From NCBI GenBank assembly GCA_963781585.1, contig CAWAGQ010000007.1:320001-384000 (forward strand): a stretch of DNA of 64,000 nt, written 5' to 3'. The number at the start of each line of letters is the position of its first letter. Position 1 is the first letter of the stretch. This document shows positions 20,753 to 30,630 of this stretch, one piece after another. Made by a program: the position numbers and the translations under genes. The notes under the pieces are model-generated. The model was not told the origin of the DNA, searched no databases, and worked only from the letters and a program-made list of their open reading frames with translations. This stretch comes from an uncultured Gemmatimonadaceae bacterium. GTDB lineage: Bacteria > Gemmatimonadota > Gemmatimonadetes > Gemmatimonadales > Gemmatimonadaceae.

Positions 20753-22627
20753 TCATCGGCAAGCCGGATACGAGGGATCCGCTCCCGAGATGGCCGGTCG
20801 GTCCCTGCGGTTGGCGACGGCCAGCATGACGTCGTGAATGAAGCGCCCCAGGCGAGCCGCGTGGTCGTATTCGATGTACTGCGGTTCGTCGGTCGGCTGG
20901 TGATAGTCCTCGGCGTAGCCGGTGGAGAAATAGGTTACAGGTACGTCGTGGTGCACATAGTTCACCTGGTCGCTGCGGCAGAAGCGATTCATGGGATTGG
21001 CCGGTACGTCCCACGACCGGTCGATGGCCATGACCTCCGTGCGGTTCGCGTTCACGGAGTCGATGATGTCGCCGAACTCCCGCGAGAGGCGTCGCGAGCC
21101 GAGGGTCTGGACCGAGCTGGGGCCGCCGAATTTGACCTGATCCACCCGGCCCTTGCCGACCATGTCCATGTTGTGGGCGGCGGCAATCGACGCGAGCGGG
21201 ATGGTTGGATGGTCGGTGAACCACCGTGAGCCAAGCAGGCCTGCCTCCTCGCCTTCGTGGGAGACGAAGATGATGGACCGCGCCGGCTTCTCGCTGGCGA
21301 ACTGCTCCGCGATTTCGAGCAGCACCACCGTGCCGGAGCCGTCGTCGTCGGCGCCGTTCATGATCGAATCGCGTCGCGGCGGGCGAATGCCGCGAGCGCG
21401 TGCGATCAGCGAGTCGATCTCGTGCTGTTGAGATGCCGTGGGGCGGCACACCGGATCGTTCGCGCCCTGGCGCCTGGTCACCAGGTTCACGGCGCGCAGC
21501 GAATCGTGATCGACCGCCGTCGTCGCCGTCCCCACGTGATCGTTGTGCGCCCCGACCAGCACGTATTCGCCGGCCCGCGCCGGGTCTGATCCGGGGAGGA
21601 TGGCGATCACATTACGGGCCGGATACTTCGACATGTGCCAGGCGTAGGTCCAGCTCGCGGTCACCGGCTTCCCCGCCGCACCGATCGCGAGCTGGCCGAC
21701 CGGCGTGCCGAAGAGGCTCGACGCTGCCGCGGCAGTTATCGTCGCACCCGGCAGGCCGGTTGAATCGTCAGGCGCGGCCGGCTGCATTCCCATGCGTCCG
21801 CCGAACGCCGCCGCCACCGCGGCCGGGGCGATCTGATCAGGGTCCACGAACAGCGCCGCCACCGCACCGGCCCGCTCGGCCCGCGTGTCGCGCGCACCGG
21901 CACCGCCGCGGCCCCCGCGTCCGCCCCGACCACCACGTCCGCCCGACGCCGCATCGGCCTGCGCTGCGGCGAAGGCGCCGAAGCGATCCGGCAGCGAGTC
22001 GCACGGGGCCACGCGAGCCGGCCCGCGTCCCCCGCCGCCCGCGCCCGGTCCTCCCGTGAAGACCGCTACTTTGCCCCGGAACACGGCCGGATCGAGCGCG
22101 ACTGTATCACCCCACCGTCCGGCGAAGACGACCGGAACGTTCGTGAGGTCCGCATGTCCACCCAGCCCGTTCGCGGCCGCCGGCGCGACGGGAACCCAAT
22201 CCGATCCCGCGGCGAGCGGCTTGCCGGCCGCGATCAGGCGCGATGCACCGCTGTCGAATCCCAGAGGCCCATACGGCATCACCTGGAAGTAGGTCCCGTT
22301 GTCGCCGCCCGGCTTGAGGCCGAGTCGCTTGAATTCGCGTGCGATGTACTCGGTCCCCTTGTAGTTGCCCAGTTCGCCGATGCGGCGCCCCATCATGGAG
22401 TCGTCGGCGAACTGGTAGAGGCGTGTGCGCAGATCGTTGGCCGTGATCGCCGTGGTTGTGGGACGCGGCGCCCAGGTCCGTGGCCCTTCGTCGGGCCAGA
22501 CGGTCTTCGACGGTGCGGGCTTTACAGCGACGCCCCCGGGTCTGTTCTGTGCGCCGACGGGTGCGGCGAGAGACACGGCGAGCGCGGAGAGCGCGGCAGT
22601 GCGGGCGAGGAAGTGAGGTCTGGACAC
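20753..22627 (-). CDS. Secreted M28-family peptidase with PA-like insert and Gly/Arg-rich linkers
   Basis: GAHNDH, NGADDDGSG, GEEAGLLGS, NMDMVG, YHQPTD. Confidence 0.9.
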   Translation of the reverse strand: MSRPHFLARTAALSALAVSLAAPVGAQNRPGGVAVKPAPSKTVWPDEGPRTWAPRPTTTAITANDLRTRLYQFADDSMMGRRIGELGNYKGTEYIAREFKRLGLKPGGDNGTYFQVMPYGPLGFDSGASRLIAAGKPLAAGSDWVPVAPAAANGLGGHADLTNVPVVFAGRWGDTVALDPAVFRGKVAVFTGGPGAGGGGRGPARVAPCDSLPDRFGAFAAAQADAASGGRGGRGGRGGRGGAGARDTRAERAGAVAALFVDPDQIAPAAVAAAFGGRMGMQPAAPDDSTGLPGATITAAAASSLFGTPVGQLAIGAAGKPVTASWTYAWHMSKYPARNVIAILPGSDPARAGEYVLVGAHNDHVGTATTAVDHDSLRAVNLVTRRQGANDPVCRPTASQQHEIDSLIARARGIRPPRRDSIMNGADDDGSGTVVLLEIAEQFASEKPARSIIFVSHEGEEAGLLGSRWFTDHPTIPLASIAAAHNMDMVGKGRVDQVKFGGPSSVQTLGSRRLSREFGDIIDSVNANRTEVMAIDRSWDVPANPMNRFCRSDQVNYVHHDVPVTYFSTGYAEDYHQPTDEPQYIEYDHAARLGRFIHDVMLAVANRRDRPAISGADPSYPACR

Positions 22628-22663
22628 GGTGACTCTGTGACGGTGGATGGGAAGAACCGGGCT

Positions 22664-22771
22664 GGGAAATCAGGGTCAGACTCGAACTGGAGGAAATCCG
22701 GGTCAGACGCGAATCAGCGATGCGAGTCTGACCCTGATTTCTGTTCCGATTCGAGTCTGACCCTTATTCCC
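22664..22771. repeat. REP-like nested inverted-repeat cluster (two forward and two reverse copies of about 23 bp)
   Basis: GGAAATCAGGGTCAGACTCGAA at 22665 and a variant at 22692; reverse copies at 22719-22741 and 22748-22771. Confidence 0.85.
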
Positions 22772-22878
22772 ATGCGAGCGGGCGATGTCTCGAAGCTACG
22801 CCTGCTCCCGGTGTGTGGCGAGTAGTGGCGATCCAGCGCGCGCGTTCCTCCGAATCGGTGTCGGGGAACGGCCGACAC

Positions 22879-22928
22879 TTGACGTGGTGGCCGGCCATCC
22901 CTATGCTCCACTCACAACGTGAGTGGAG
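22879..22928 (+). promoter_or_regulatory. Sigma70 promoter and perfect palindromic PadR operator
   Basis: TTGACG-17-TATGCT; CTCCACTCAC-AAC-GTGAGTGGAG (22906-22928) overlapping the -10 box and RBS. Confidence 0.75.
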
Positions 22929-22933
22929 AGACC

Positions 22934-23278
22934 ATGGATCGCGCGCCGGCCGACATGCTGCGGGGCACCGTCGATCTGCTCGTCCTCAAGACGCTGAGCT
23001 GGGGTGAGATGCACGGCTACGCGATCTCCGAATGGCTGCGCGAGCGGAGCGACGGCGCGCTGCGGGTCGAGGATGCCGCGCTCTACCAGGCCCTCCACCG
23101 TCTGGAGCGTCAGGGTGTGATCGCCTCGGAGTGGGGCGCGTCGGAGAACAACCGGCGGGCGCGCTACTATCGTCTCACGGCACGCGGCCGGGCGCGGCTC
23201 CGCGCCGACGGGACCGCGTTCCGCGATTTCGCGCGGGCGGTGCTGGTGGTGCTCGACGCGCGTGTCCAGGGAGCGTGA
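22934..23278 (+). CDS. PadR-family regulator
   Basis: LRGTVDLLVLKTL..MHGYAI..LYQALHRLE..NNRRARYY. Confidence 0.92.
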   Translation: MDRAPADMLRGTVDLLVLKTLSWGEMHGYAISEWLRERSDGALRVEDAALYQALHRLERQGVIASEWGASENNRRARYYRLTARGRARLRADGTAFRDFARAVLVVLDARVQGA

Positions 23279-23283
23279 GACCG

Positions 23284-25820
23284 ATGTCGCCTGACGAGGC
23301 GGGGCGCCGGGCACGTTTCCATCTCCCCGGCCGGACTGATTCGCAGATCCGCCGCGAGATCGGCGAAGAGCTGGAGTTCCACATCGCGGCGCGCGCGGCG
23401 GCACTCGTCAGGCAGGGAATCGATCCCCAGCAGGCCCGGGCCGGCGCCGAGCGCGAATTCGGCGACATCGAGCGCACGCGGGCGTACTGCGCCGCGCAGG
23501 ACAGCGCGGTCGAGCGGGCGCGTCGGCGCGCGGCCTGGCACCGGGATCTGTCAAGCGACCTGCGCGTAGCGGTCCGCTCGGCCGGCCGCCGTCCGCTGCA
23601 CGCGGCGGTGGCGATCGCTACGCTCGCACTGGGCCTGGCATCGGTGCTCGCCATGAGCACGGTAGTGCGGCGGCTGGTGCTGTCGCCGAACCCGTATCCC
23701 GGGGGTGACCGGCTGGTCACGATCTGGCAGCAGCCGCCCGGGGGCGGCGACGTGCTGCTGCTTCCCTTCAGCGACGCTGCCGACGCGTGGCGCGTGCGCG
23801 CCACCACGCTCGAAGGGGTGGAGGACAACCGGCCGCGGGGCCCGGATGCTGCTCGACGACGGCGGGGACGCGGCTCTGGTGAGCGTGGCCGCGTGCGACG
23901 AGCGGCTGTTGTCGTTCCTGGGAATGACCGTGGCGCGCGGCCGCGGATTCACGGCCGACGACCGGCGTGCGGGAGCGCCGGCGGTGGCGCTCATCAGCCA
24001 CGCGCTCTGGCGGCGCCGCTTTGCCAGCGCGCCGGACATCGTGGGCCGGCACATCCGACTCGACGACGCTCAGGTCGAGATCGCGGGCGTGGCGCCGCCG
24101 GACTTGCGCGGCGTGCCGGGCCTGGGAATCCAAATCGATGTCTGGCTTCCGGCGGCGACGAGCGTGGCGCAACGGACGCCATGGTTCGTCGTCGCCCGAC
24201 TGCGTCCTGGCGTGTCGGCCGCCACCGCGGGAAAGGAAGCGACCGATATCCTGCAATCCCTGGTCGGCGGCCCGCCGCTCGCCCGCGGCACCGCCACGGT
24301 GCAGACGGCGCGTGATCTGCTTGGCGCTCGGCGCGTCGCGGTGGCGCATCGCGCGATTGAGTCTCGCCGAAGCGCTGGTGATGGGAGCGGCAGCCTTTGT
24401 GCTCCACCTGCCGCTTTCGGTCGCACTGATGCGCGCAGCGGCGCTGTCGCGACCGGAAGCCCTCTGGATGCTCGATCGCGTTTCGCCTGATGGTCGCGTG
24501 CTGCTCGCCGGTGCGTTAGGCACGATGCTGCTGACGGCTGGCTGCGCGCTGGCGGCGATGTGGAGCGGCGTCCCTCGCGATTTCACGCCGCTGCGCAGCG
24601 GCGAGGCGTCGGCCACGCCGGGCACGCATCGCCTGCGCCGAGTGCTCATCACCGCCGAAGTCGCGCTGGCCTGCGTGCTGGTGGTGGGGGCGGTGCTCCT
24701 CGGGCGTTCGTTCGTCGCGCTGGTGCGGCGCGACCCGGGGTTCCGTCCCGACGGCGCGCTGATCCTCACCCTCAGACCGCCGCCAGCCTCCGGAGCAAGG
24801 CCCGCCATCCGGGGAGACGATCCACGCTGGGAAACACTGGTGCGGGCGATCGAGGCGCAGCCGGGCATTGTTGGCGCCACGCGCGGTGTCTCGATGCCGC
24901 CGGAGAGCGGCATCGAGTTCGGGCAGCTCGAGATCGAGGGACGCGAGACGACCGGCGACCAGGGGGCCGCGACCGCCTCGGCGAGTTACGTGTCGGCAGG
25001 ATTCTTCCGGCTGGCTGGCATCCGGCTGATCGAGGGTGCCGACTTCCCCACGGGACTGACGACATCGGAGCAGCCGGTGATCATCAACCGATCGATGGCG
25101 CGGCGATTCTGGCCGACCGGCGGTGCGGTGGGAGCCCGGATCCGGTTCACGGTTCGCGGAAGCCGACAACAGGCGCCGCCGTGGCACCGCGTGGTTGGCG
25201 TGGCTGACGACGTTCTGGCGCAGGGACTCCACTCCGACGAACGCGCCATTCACGTCTACCACACTATGACCGAGTTCGGCGGCACGCCCGAGTACTTCGT
25301 GCGCTTCCGCGGCGCGCGCGACGCCGCGGCGCGACAGGTGCGTGCCATCGTTCACGAGGTGACGCCAGACGTTGCGGTCGAGAAGGTGTCGTTCGCGGAC
25401 GACCTGCTCCTGGAGAGTGCGCGCGCCGATCGCTTCTATCTGATCGTCCTCGGAGTCATCGCGGTGCTGGCCGGGTCGCTGGCAATCGTCGGTGTGTTCG
25501 GCGTGGTGGCCAGCATCACCCTGCAGCGCACCCGCGAGATTGCCGTCCGCATCGCGCTCGGCTCCACGCCGGCGCGCATCTACACGACGGTGATCGGCGA
25601 CGGGATGCGGGCGGTGTTGCTTGGTCTGGCGATTGGTATCGCCGGTGCGGGGGCGCTCGGACACGCGTTGCGAGCGCTGCTGTACGGCGTGAACGCGGAC
25701 GATCCCATCGCGTTCGCAATCGCGGTGGTGCTGATCGCTGCTGCCGCAACGGGTGCCTGCGTTTTTCCCGCGCGACGCGCGGCGCGGTTGGAACCGGCGG
25801 CCGTATTGCGGTCGGAGTAG
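23284..25820 (+). pseudogene. ADOP-family permease with a frameshift and an internal deletion
   Basis: Split over three frames (changes near 23830 and 24320); the first LLIACAN..REIAVR segment is missing before LALGASRWRIAR. Confidence 0.8.
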
Positions 25821-25831
25821 GTTGGCCGACG

Positions 25832-26254
25832 CTAGGTTTCGCGAGGACGGCGCAGCAAACGATCCAGCGACAGCTCGCCCGCGCCAAGAGCGGCGATGGT
25901 CAGGCAGGCTCCAAGCAGCGTGAGCTCGAACTCGTAGCCATATGGCGTGAAAAACCCGCCCTTGAACCGCGCCACCGGAATCGCGACCGACATCTCGATC
26001 GCCAGCAGCAAACCCACCCACCGGGCCTGGAACCCCAACAGGATCGCCAGCCCGCCGAACGGCTCGAGCACGAGGAGAATCAGCGCAAAAAACGTCGGGA
26101 TGGGGAACCCGAGTTTGGCGAGCATGTCTGTCACTCCGGAGAGGCCGAAGTAGAAGAGCTTTTGCCCACCGTGCATGAGAAAGACCAGTGCCACCACAAG
26201 CCGAAGTGGCACCAGTCCCCACCGCTCGAGACTACCGCCAGCCGTCTTCGTCAT
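25832..26254 (-). CDS. DoxX-family membrane protein
   Basis: LRLVVALVFLMHGGQKL, GYEFEL, GAGELSLD. Confidence 0.9.
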   Translation of the reverse strand: MTKTAGGSLERWGLVPLRLVVALVFLMHGGQKLFYFGLSGVTDMLAKLGFPIPTFFALILLVLEPFGGLAILLGFQARWVGLLLAIEMSVAIPVARFKGGFFTPYGYEFELTLLGACLTIAALGAGELSLDRLLRRPRET

Positions 26255-26292
26255 GCTGACCTTCCGTGCCGCAATCGAGTGAGCATGCAGGC

Positions 26293-27699
26293 CTAGAATG
26301 CGAACCAGATGTACAGGTACAGCGCGTCATTATCGCGCGCGTTCCGGCCGGCGGCGGACACATCGTAGGAAGTCGCCGACCCGTTGAACCGCTGGTACAG
26401 TACGTACTGTAGTCCCAGACGCGTGTTGAGCCACGGATTCACGGCGAACTCGACGATCTCACCGCTCGTCCGTGGACTCCCCGACCGGCTTCCGCTCACC
26501 GGTGCGGCGGTGTACTGCAAAACATCTCGCGATCCAGTCGTGGCGAAATACGCCAACGAGGTGGAATAGGTGGTCCCGAAGCCGTAGAGCGCGCTCAGGC
26601 GCAGGGAATTCAGCGAGTTGGATCCATTCGCGGATGCCGGCGGCGAGAGCGCGCGGGATCCGGCCGGCGATTGCCGTTCGTGCGTGAAGCTTGCTCGACC
26701 AACTATCAGACGATTGTTCCTCTCGTGTTCGATTTGCGCGTCCACCCCGACATCGGTGTAGCCGTTCGCCGGCGTCGATGACCCTGCAGGGTAGACGTGC
26801 GCCCAGAGACCGAACGTCCCGACCATCAGGTAGAAGGGTCCGGTGCGATTCTGCAATGCCACACGCCAGTACGGCGCGATGCCTCGCGTCGTATTGGCTT
26901 CTGTGGAATCGACCAGCGTACGTGGTCCCTGCGGGGCCGAGGCGTACCCAGTCACCTCGGCGTACAGCATGTTGCCGATCAAGGCGTAGCCACCCAGGCC
27001 GAGAACCGATTGCGCGAGCGCACCGTCCACGACGGGGGCGGCGCTCGGGTGCGGTGCGAGCCCCGGCGACGTGAATGGATAGCTCCACGCCGGCGCAGTG
27101 TTCCACACGTCCTGCACGGTCGGATTGTTGTGCAGGGTCAGGCCGTACAGCACATCCTGTTGCCCCACCCTCGTGTGCGACGCGAAGCGCAGGTCCGAAT
27201 TGTCGATCCCGATCTTTCCACTGATGTCCTCGTAGGTCACCTGGATCAACGTCCCCAGCTTTGGGCTGATCTCTCCGCCCAGAAACAGGCTCAATTCCTG
27301 CGGATACTCGCTGCGCGCAGCCGGTGTCCCCGGCAGAGCCTTCCGCACTCGCGTCGCCGAGACGACCGCCATGAGCGACAGGCCAGGTATTGGCGAGAGC
27401 TCGAGTGACCTCCGCGACGCGCTGTCCAGCTGTTCGACGATCTGCGGAAGGCCGGACAGCGTATACCCGTTGAGTTTGAAGAGCCGCCCGAAACGCGTGA
27501 GTTGCGGGAATCCTCCCAGGTGGCAAACGGCGCAACTGAGCTTCATCTGCCGCGCGAAGGAGGGAGTGCGTGCGGCCACGCGGCGAGCGAGCGCCGCGAC
27601 GGGCACTGGATGGCTGCCCTCGCGAGCGGCTTCGTGGTGCGCTCGCGGTATGCTTGCGACGACCGAAAGCGCTGCGGACAGGGTCAGCACGCCCTTCAT
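26293..27699 (-). CDS. Cyc2-like fused monoheme cytochrome c / outer-membrane porin
   Basis: PSFARQMKLSCAVCH..PQLTRFGRLFKLNGY; HNNPTVQDVWNTAPAW; beta-signal C-terminus YLYIWFAF. Confidence 0.8.
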   Translation of the reverse strand: MKGVLTLSAALSVVASIPRAHHEAAREGSHPVPVAALARRVAARTPSFARQMKLSCAVCHLGGFPQLTRFGRLFKLNGYTLSGLPQIVEQLDSASRRSLELSPIPGLSLMAVVSATRVRKALPGTPAARSEYPQELSLFLGGEISPKLGTLIQVTYEDISGKIGIDNSDLRFASHTRVGQQDVLYGLTLHNNPTVQDVWNTAPAWSYPFTSPGLAPHPSAAPVVDGALAQSVLGLGGYALIGNMLYAEVTGYASAPQGPRTLVDSTEANTTRGIAPYWRVALQNRTGPFYLMVGTFGLWAHVYPAGSSTPANGYTDVGVDAQIEHERNNRLIVGRASFTHERQSPAGSRALSPPASANGSNSLNSLRLSALYGFGTTYSTSLAYFATTGSRDVLQYTAAPVSGSRSGSPRTSGEIVEFAVNPWLNTRLGLQYVLYQRFNGSATSYDVSAAGRNARDNDALYLYIWFAF

Positions 27700-28082
27700 G
27701 GCTTCACCTTGCCCTGGCCGACCGACCACACGTAGGACGCCACACTGAGGGCGTCGGAGCGCGAGATGCCGCCGGGAAAGGCGACCATGAGCGTCGAAGG
27801 GACGCCATGGGTAACCACGAAGAAGATGTTCTTGAATTCACCGTTCTTGGCGTCTCGCCACTTGTGCGCCTTGAGTGTCGGCGCGACCTGCGTGCCCTCG
27901 AGGTGCGGGCCGTGACAGGCGAAACACGTCCCCTTGCCGTGAAAGATCGCGCGGCCCGCGTCGACCATCACCGGAGTGATGGCACTGGTGTCAGGTTCGG
28001 CCGGCACGGCTTGCTGCCCCCCTTGCCAGAGAATAGCCAGCAGCGCGCACGCGGACGCCAGTCGACCCTGAGGCCGCCACAT
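27696..28082 (-). CDS. Periplasmic monoheme cytochrome c
   Basis: Signal peptide; CFACHG; distal Met (TLMVAF); ATGA overlap with the next gene. Confidence 0.88.
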   Translation of the reverse strand: MWRPQGRLASACALLAILWQGGQQAVPAEPDTSAITPVMVDAGRAIFHGKGTCFACHGPHLEGTQVAPTLKAHKWRDAKNGEFKNIFFVVTHGVPSTLMVAFPGGISRSDALSVASYVWSVGQGKVKP

Positions 28083-28104
28083 CGTGAGGTCGATCGCTGG
28101 AGGG

Positions 28105-29505
28105 CTAGTACGCGAACCAGAGGTAGAGATACAGCGTGTTGTTGTCGTGCGCGCTGCGACCGTTCGGCGTCACGTCATACGCCGAAGACGATCCGTTGAA
28201 CTTCTGATAAATGACGTACTGGGCGCCAAGTCGCACATTCAGCCAGGGGTTCACCGTAAGCTCGACAGTTTCTCCGGAACTCGCCGGACTTCCAGTGCGG
28301 CTTCCGGTCACCGGCGCCGTGTCGTAGAGCACATGATCGGTCGAACCGGACACACCGAAGTACCCAACTGTGAGCGTCTTCTGCTGGTCAGGGAGGAACG
28401 ACAGGTTGAACTTGTAGGAGTTCAACTTGTTCGAGTTGTGTTCGGCCTCGTCCGCCGGGAATGACGCTGACAGCGTCTGGCTCTCGTGGATGTAGCTTGC
28501 GCGACCGATGAGCATGCCGTTCCCGACCTTGTGCTCGAGCTGGCCATCGACGCCGACGTCCGTGAAGTGATTGGTGGGCCCGATGATGCCGGTGGGGTAG
28601 ATCTGCGCGGAGAGTCCGAACGCCCCGAGCATGAGGTACGACGATCCGAAGTCGTGCTGCACAGCAAGGCGCCAGTAGGGAGAGACGGTCCGGGTCGTAT
28701 TCTCGGCGCTGTCGTCCAGCGGCAGCGTCGTCCCCTGTGGCGCGGCCACATATCCCGTGAGTTCGGCGTAAACCGTGTTGTCGATGAGCGAGTACGCTCC
28801 CAACCCGAGCACCGACTGCGCCAGCGCATCTTCGATGACGGTCGCCGCCGCGGGTGTCGGAGCCACGCTCGCCGAGGTGAAGGGGTAACTCCACGCCGGC
28901 GTCGAGTTCCACACGTCCTGCACCGTGGGGTTGTTGTGCAGCGTCACACCGTAGAGGAGATCGCGGTCGTGTATCATGGTGTGACTGGCGAAGCGAATGT
29001 CGATATTGTCGATCCCGATCGTCCCCGCCTGATCCTCGTAGGTGAATTGGCTGAAGATGCCCATCTTGGGCGCGATGGCCGATGCGGCGAACAGACTGAT
29101 CTCCTGGGGAAACTGCGCCGTCAGGGTCTGGCTGTTTGGAGTCGCCGTGGCGATGTGCGTCTCGTCGATGATCGCCATCAGGGAAATCGGCGCGATTGGC
29201 AAGAGCTGGAGCTGCGTCGCCGACGCGCTGTCCTTCTGGGCGACAATAGACTCCAGTCCGTTCAGCGTGTATCCGTTGAGCTTGAAGAGGCGGCCAAATG
29301 GCGTGAGTTGCGGAAACCCGTTGTGGCACGCGGTGCAGGCAAGCTTCGTCTGCCGCGAAAAGCTCGGAACCCGCAAGCGGGCGACCACCGCAGCAAACGC
29401 CGCGTGGCTCCCGATCTCCGGTGCAGTCGAACTGGGCCGGACCGCGCCCGTACGAGGGGCCGTTCCCAGGTGCAGCGTGGTGACAATGGCGGCGAACATC
29501 AGCAT
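28105..29505 (-). CDS. Cyc2-like fused monoheme cytochrome c / porin (paralog)
   Basis: PSFSRQTKLACTACH..PQLTPFGRLFKLNGY; HNNPTVQDVWNSTPAW; C-terminus YLYLWFAY. Confidence 0.8.
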   Translation of the reverse strand: MLMFAAIVTTLHLGTAPRTGAVRPSSTAPEIGSHAAFAAVVARLRVPSFSRQTKLACTACHNGFPQLTPFGRLFKLNGYTLNGLESIVAQKDSASATQLQLLPIAPISLMAIIDETHIATATPNSQTLTAQFPQEISLFAASAIAPKMGIFSQFTYEDQAGTIGIDNIDIRFASHTMIHDRDLLYGVTLHNNPTVQDVWNSTPAWSYPFTSASVAPTPAAATVIEDALAQSVLGLGAYSLIDNTVYAELTGYVAAPQGTTLPLDDSAENTTRTVSPYWRLAVQHDFGSSYLMLGAFGLSAQIYPTGIIGPTNHFTDVGVDGQLEHKVGNGMLIGRASYIHESQTLSASFPADEAEHNSNKLNSYKFNLSFLPDQQKTLTVGYFGVSGSTDHVLYDTAPVTGSRTGSPASSGETVELTVNPWLNVRLGAQYVIYQKFNGSSSAYDVTPNGRSAHDNNTLYLYLWFAY

Positions 29506-29913
29506 GGGGAGCTCCGTGGCTGAAACTTCAGCAGGATGAAGCCAGCATCGACGCCTGCGAGAATCTCCGAGGCCGCGTCGGCGCGTCAAGTCCCGCGGGT
29601 GCGAATCACAATTCGGGACAGTTGCCCGCATCGGGGTCTTCCGTTGCCCAGCGCGATGGGGACCTACGTCACCTGGGCGAAGGTGACCGACAACAGACTG
29701 AAGGATAGTGGGAAATGCCAGACACCGTGTCGGGGATCTCCCGACAAGGCGAGACACGCTGGATTGACGCATCGCGCCGCCGCCCCGCTGCAGAGTTCCG
29801 CCAGGCGCCGGGCGCCTCGCTTCGTGCGAAGAAAGGCAGCAGGCTCGTGCCTAACGAATTGGAATCATGCGTCTCGCGGACATTTCACGGCGCTATGCCG
29901 CAGTACTTGATCG

Positions 29914-29930
29914 CTGGCGTTCTTATTGCG
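29914..29930 (+). promoter_or_regulatory. Candidate sigma54 (-24/-12) promoter
   Basis: CTGGCGTTCTTATTGCG gives GG-N10-GC with TGGC/TTGC cores, 150 bp upstream of ORF 30080. Confidence 0.5.
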
Positions 29931-30003
29931 CGCCACACCCTGCACGGGCGCTGACCGCACAGGACGCTGCGTCACGAGCGCAATTCGTCAGGTACGCACG
30001 AGC

Positions 30004-30032
30004 TTGACACAATTCGAAAGCACCGGTACCGT
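30004..30032 (+). promoter_or_regulatory. Candidate sigma70 promoter
   Basis: TTGACA-17-TACCGT upstream of ORF 30080. Confidence 0.5.
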
Positions 30033-30079
30033 GTGCGCTCCCTGCACCGCACGTTGGCGCTGAACCGCGGTAGGCTGCG

Positions 30080-30619
30080 ATGGCTGACCTGGATATCACG
30101 TCCAGCTCCACGAACACGGTCGATGTCGTCGGTCTGAATGACATCAAGGCGGATCTCAAGCTCGAGTTGCCGCAGCCGCTGAAGACCGAGTCGTCGTACG
30201 ACTACGACATCAAGGCCGAGGTCGGTACGAAGTCGGATCTTGCGATCGAGCCGCTCAAGGCCGATCTCGGGACCACATCGCGGCTGGCAATCGATCCCCT
30301 CAAGACCGACAGCAGCGTCACCCTCGACCTGAAGCCGGCGGTGGTGGACCTCTGCCTCACGCTGAACATCGGCAAGGTGCCGAGCGTGTGCATCCGCCAG
30401 CCCTACTACCATCACTTCGGATTCACGCTCTTCGGCACCGAGGTCTGGGGGTTCACCGTATCGGGCGAGCAGGAGACGGTGGTGCAGGAGCTGGACCGCC
30501 ATCCGCACGTTGCGGTCGGCAGCGCGACTCCGCGCTGGCCGTCGCCGCATGCGTCGTCCCCAGCGGGCCAGCCGCCGACTCGTCACGCCGGCGGACTCCG
30601 GATCCGCATCGGGCCCTAA
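30080..30619 (+). CDS. Hypothetical beta-rich protein with internal repeats (operon ORF A)
   Basis: Strong GC3 codon bias; repeats SDLAIEPLKADL / SRLAIDPLKTDS; no signal peptide. Confidence 0.8.
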   Translation: MADLDITSSSTNTVDVVGLNDIKADLKLELPQPLKTESSYDYDIKAEVGTKSDLAIEPLKADLGTTSRLAIDPLKTDSSVTLDLKPAVVDLCLTLNIGKVPSVCIRQPYYHHFGFTLFGTEVWGFTVSGEQETVVQELDRHPHVAVGSATPRWPSPHASSPAGQPPTRHAGGLRIRIGP

Positions 30620-30630
30620 CGAGACAGCAT

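Noticed and set aside
21890..22060. GGRGG repeats in the M28 peptidase as an RNA-binding domain
   Set aside because: The protein is exported, a similar linker occurs in the GH127, and it is most likely a low-complexity linker
22664..22771. CRISPR-like repeats
   Set aside because: The copies are inverted, the gaps are only a few bases, and there are no cas genes
29520..29780. Riboswitch or FNR/CRP site upstream of the Cyc2 cluster
   Set aside because: No recognisable consensus with correct spacing; an Rfam/Infernal scan would be needed
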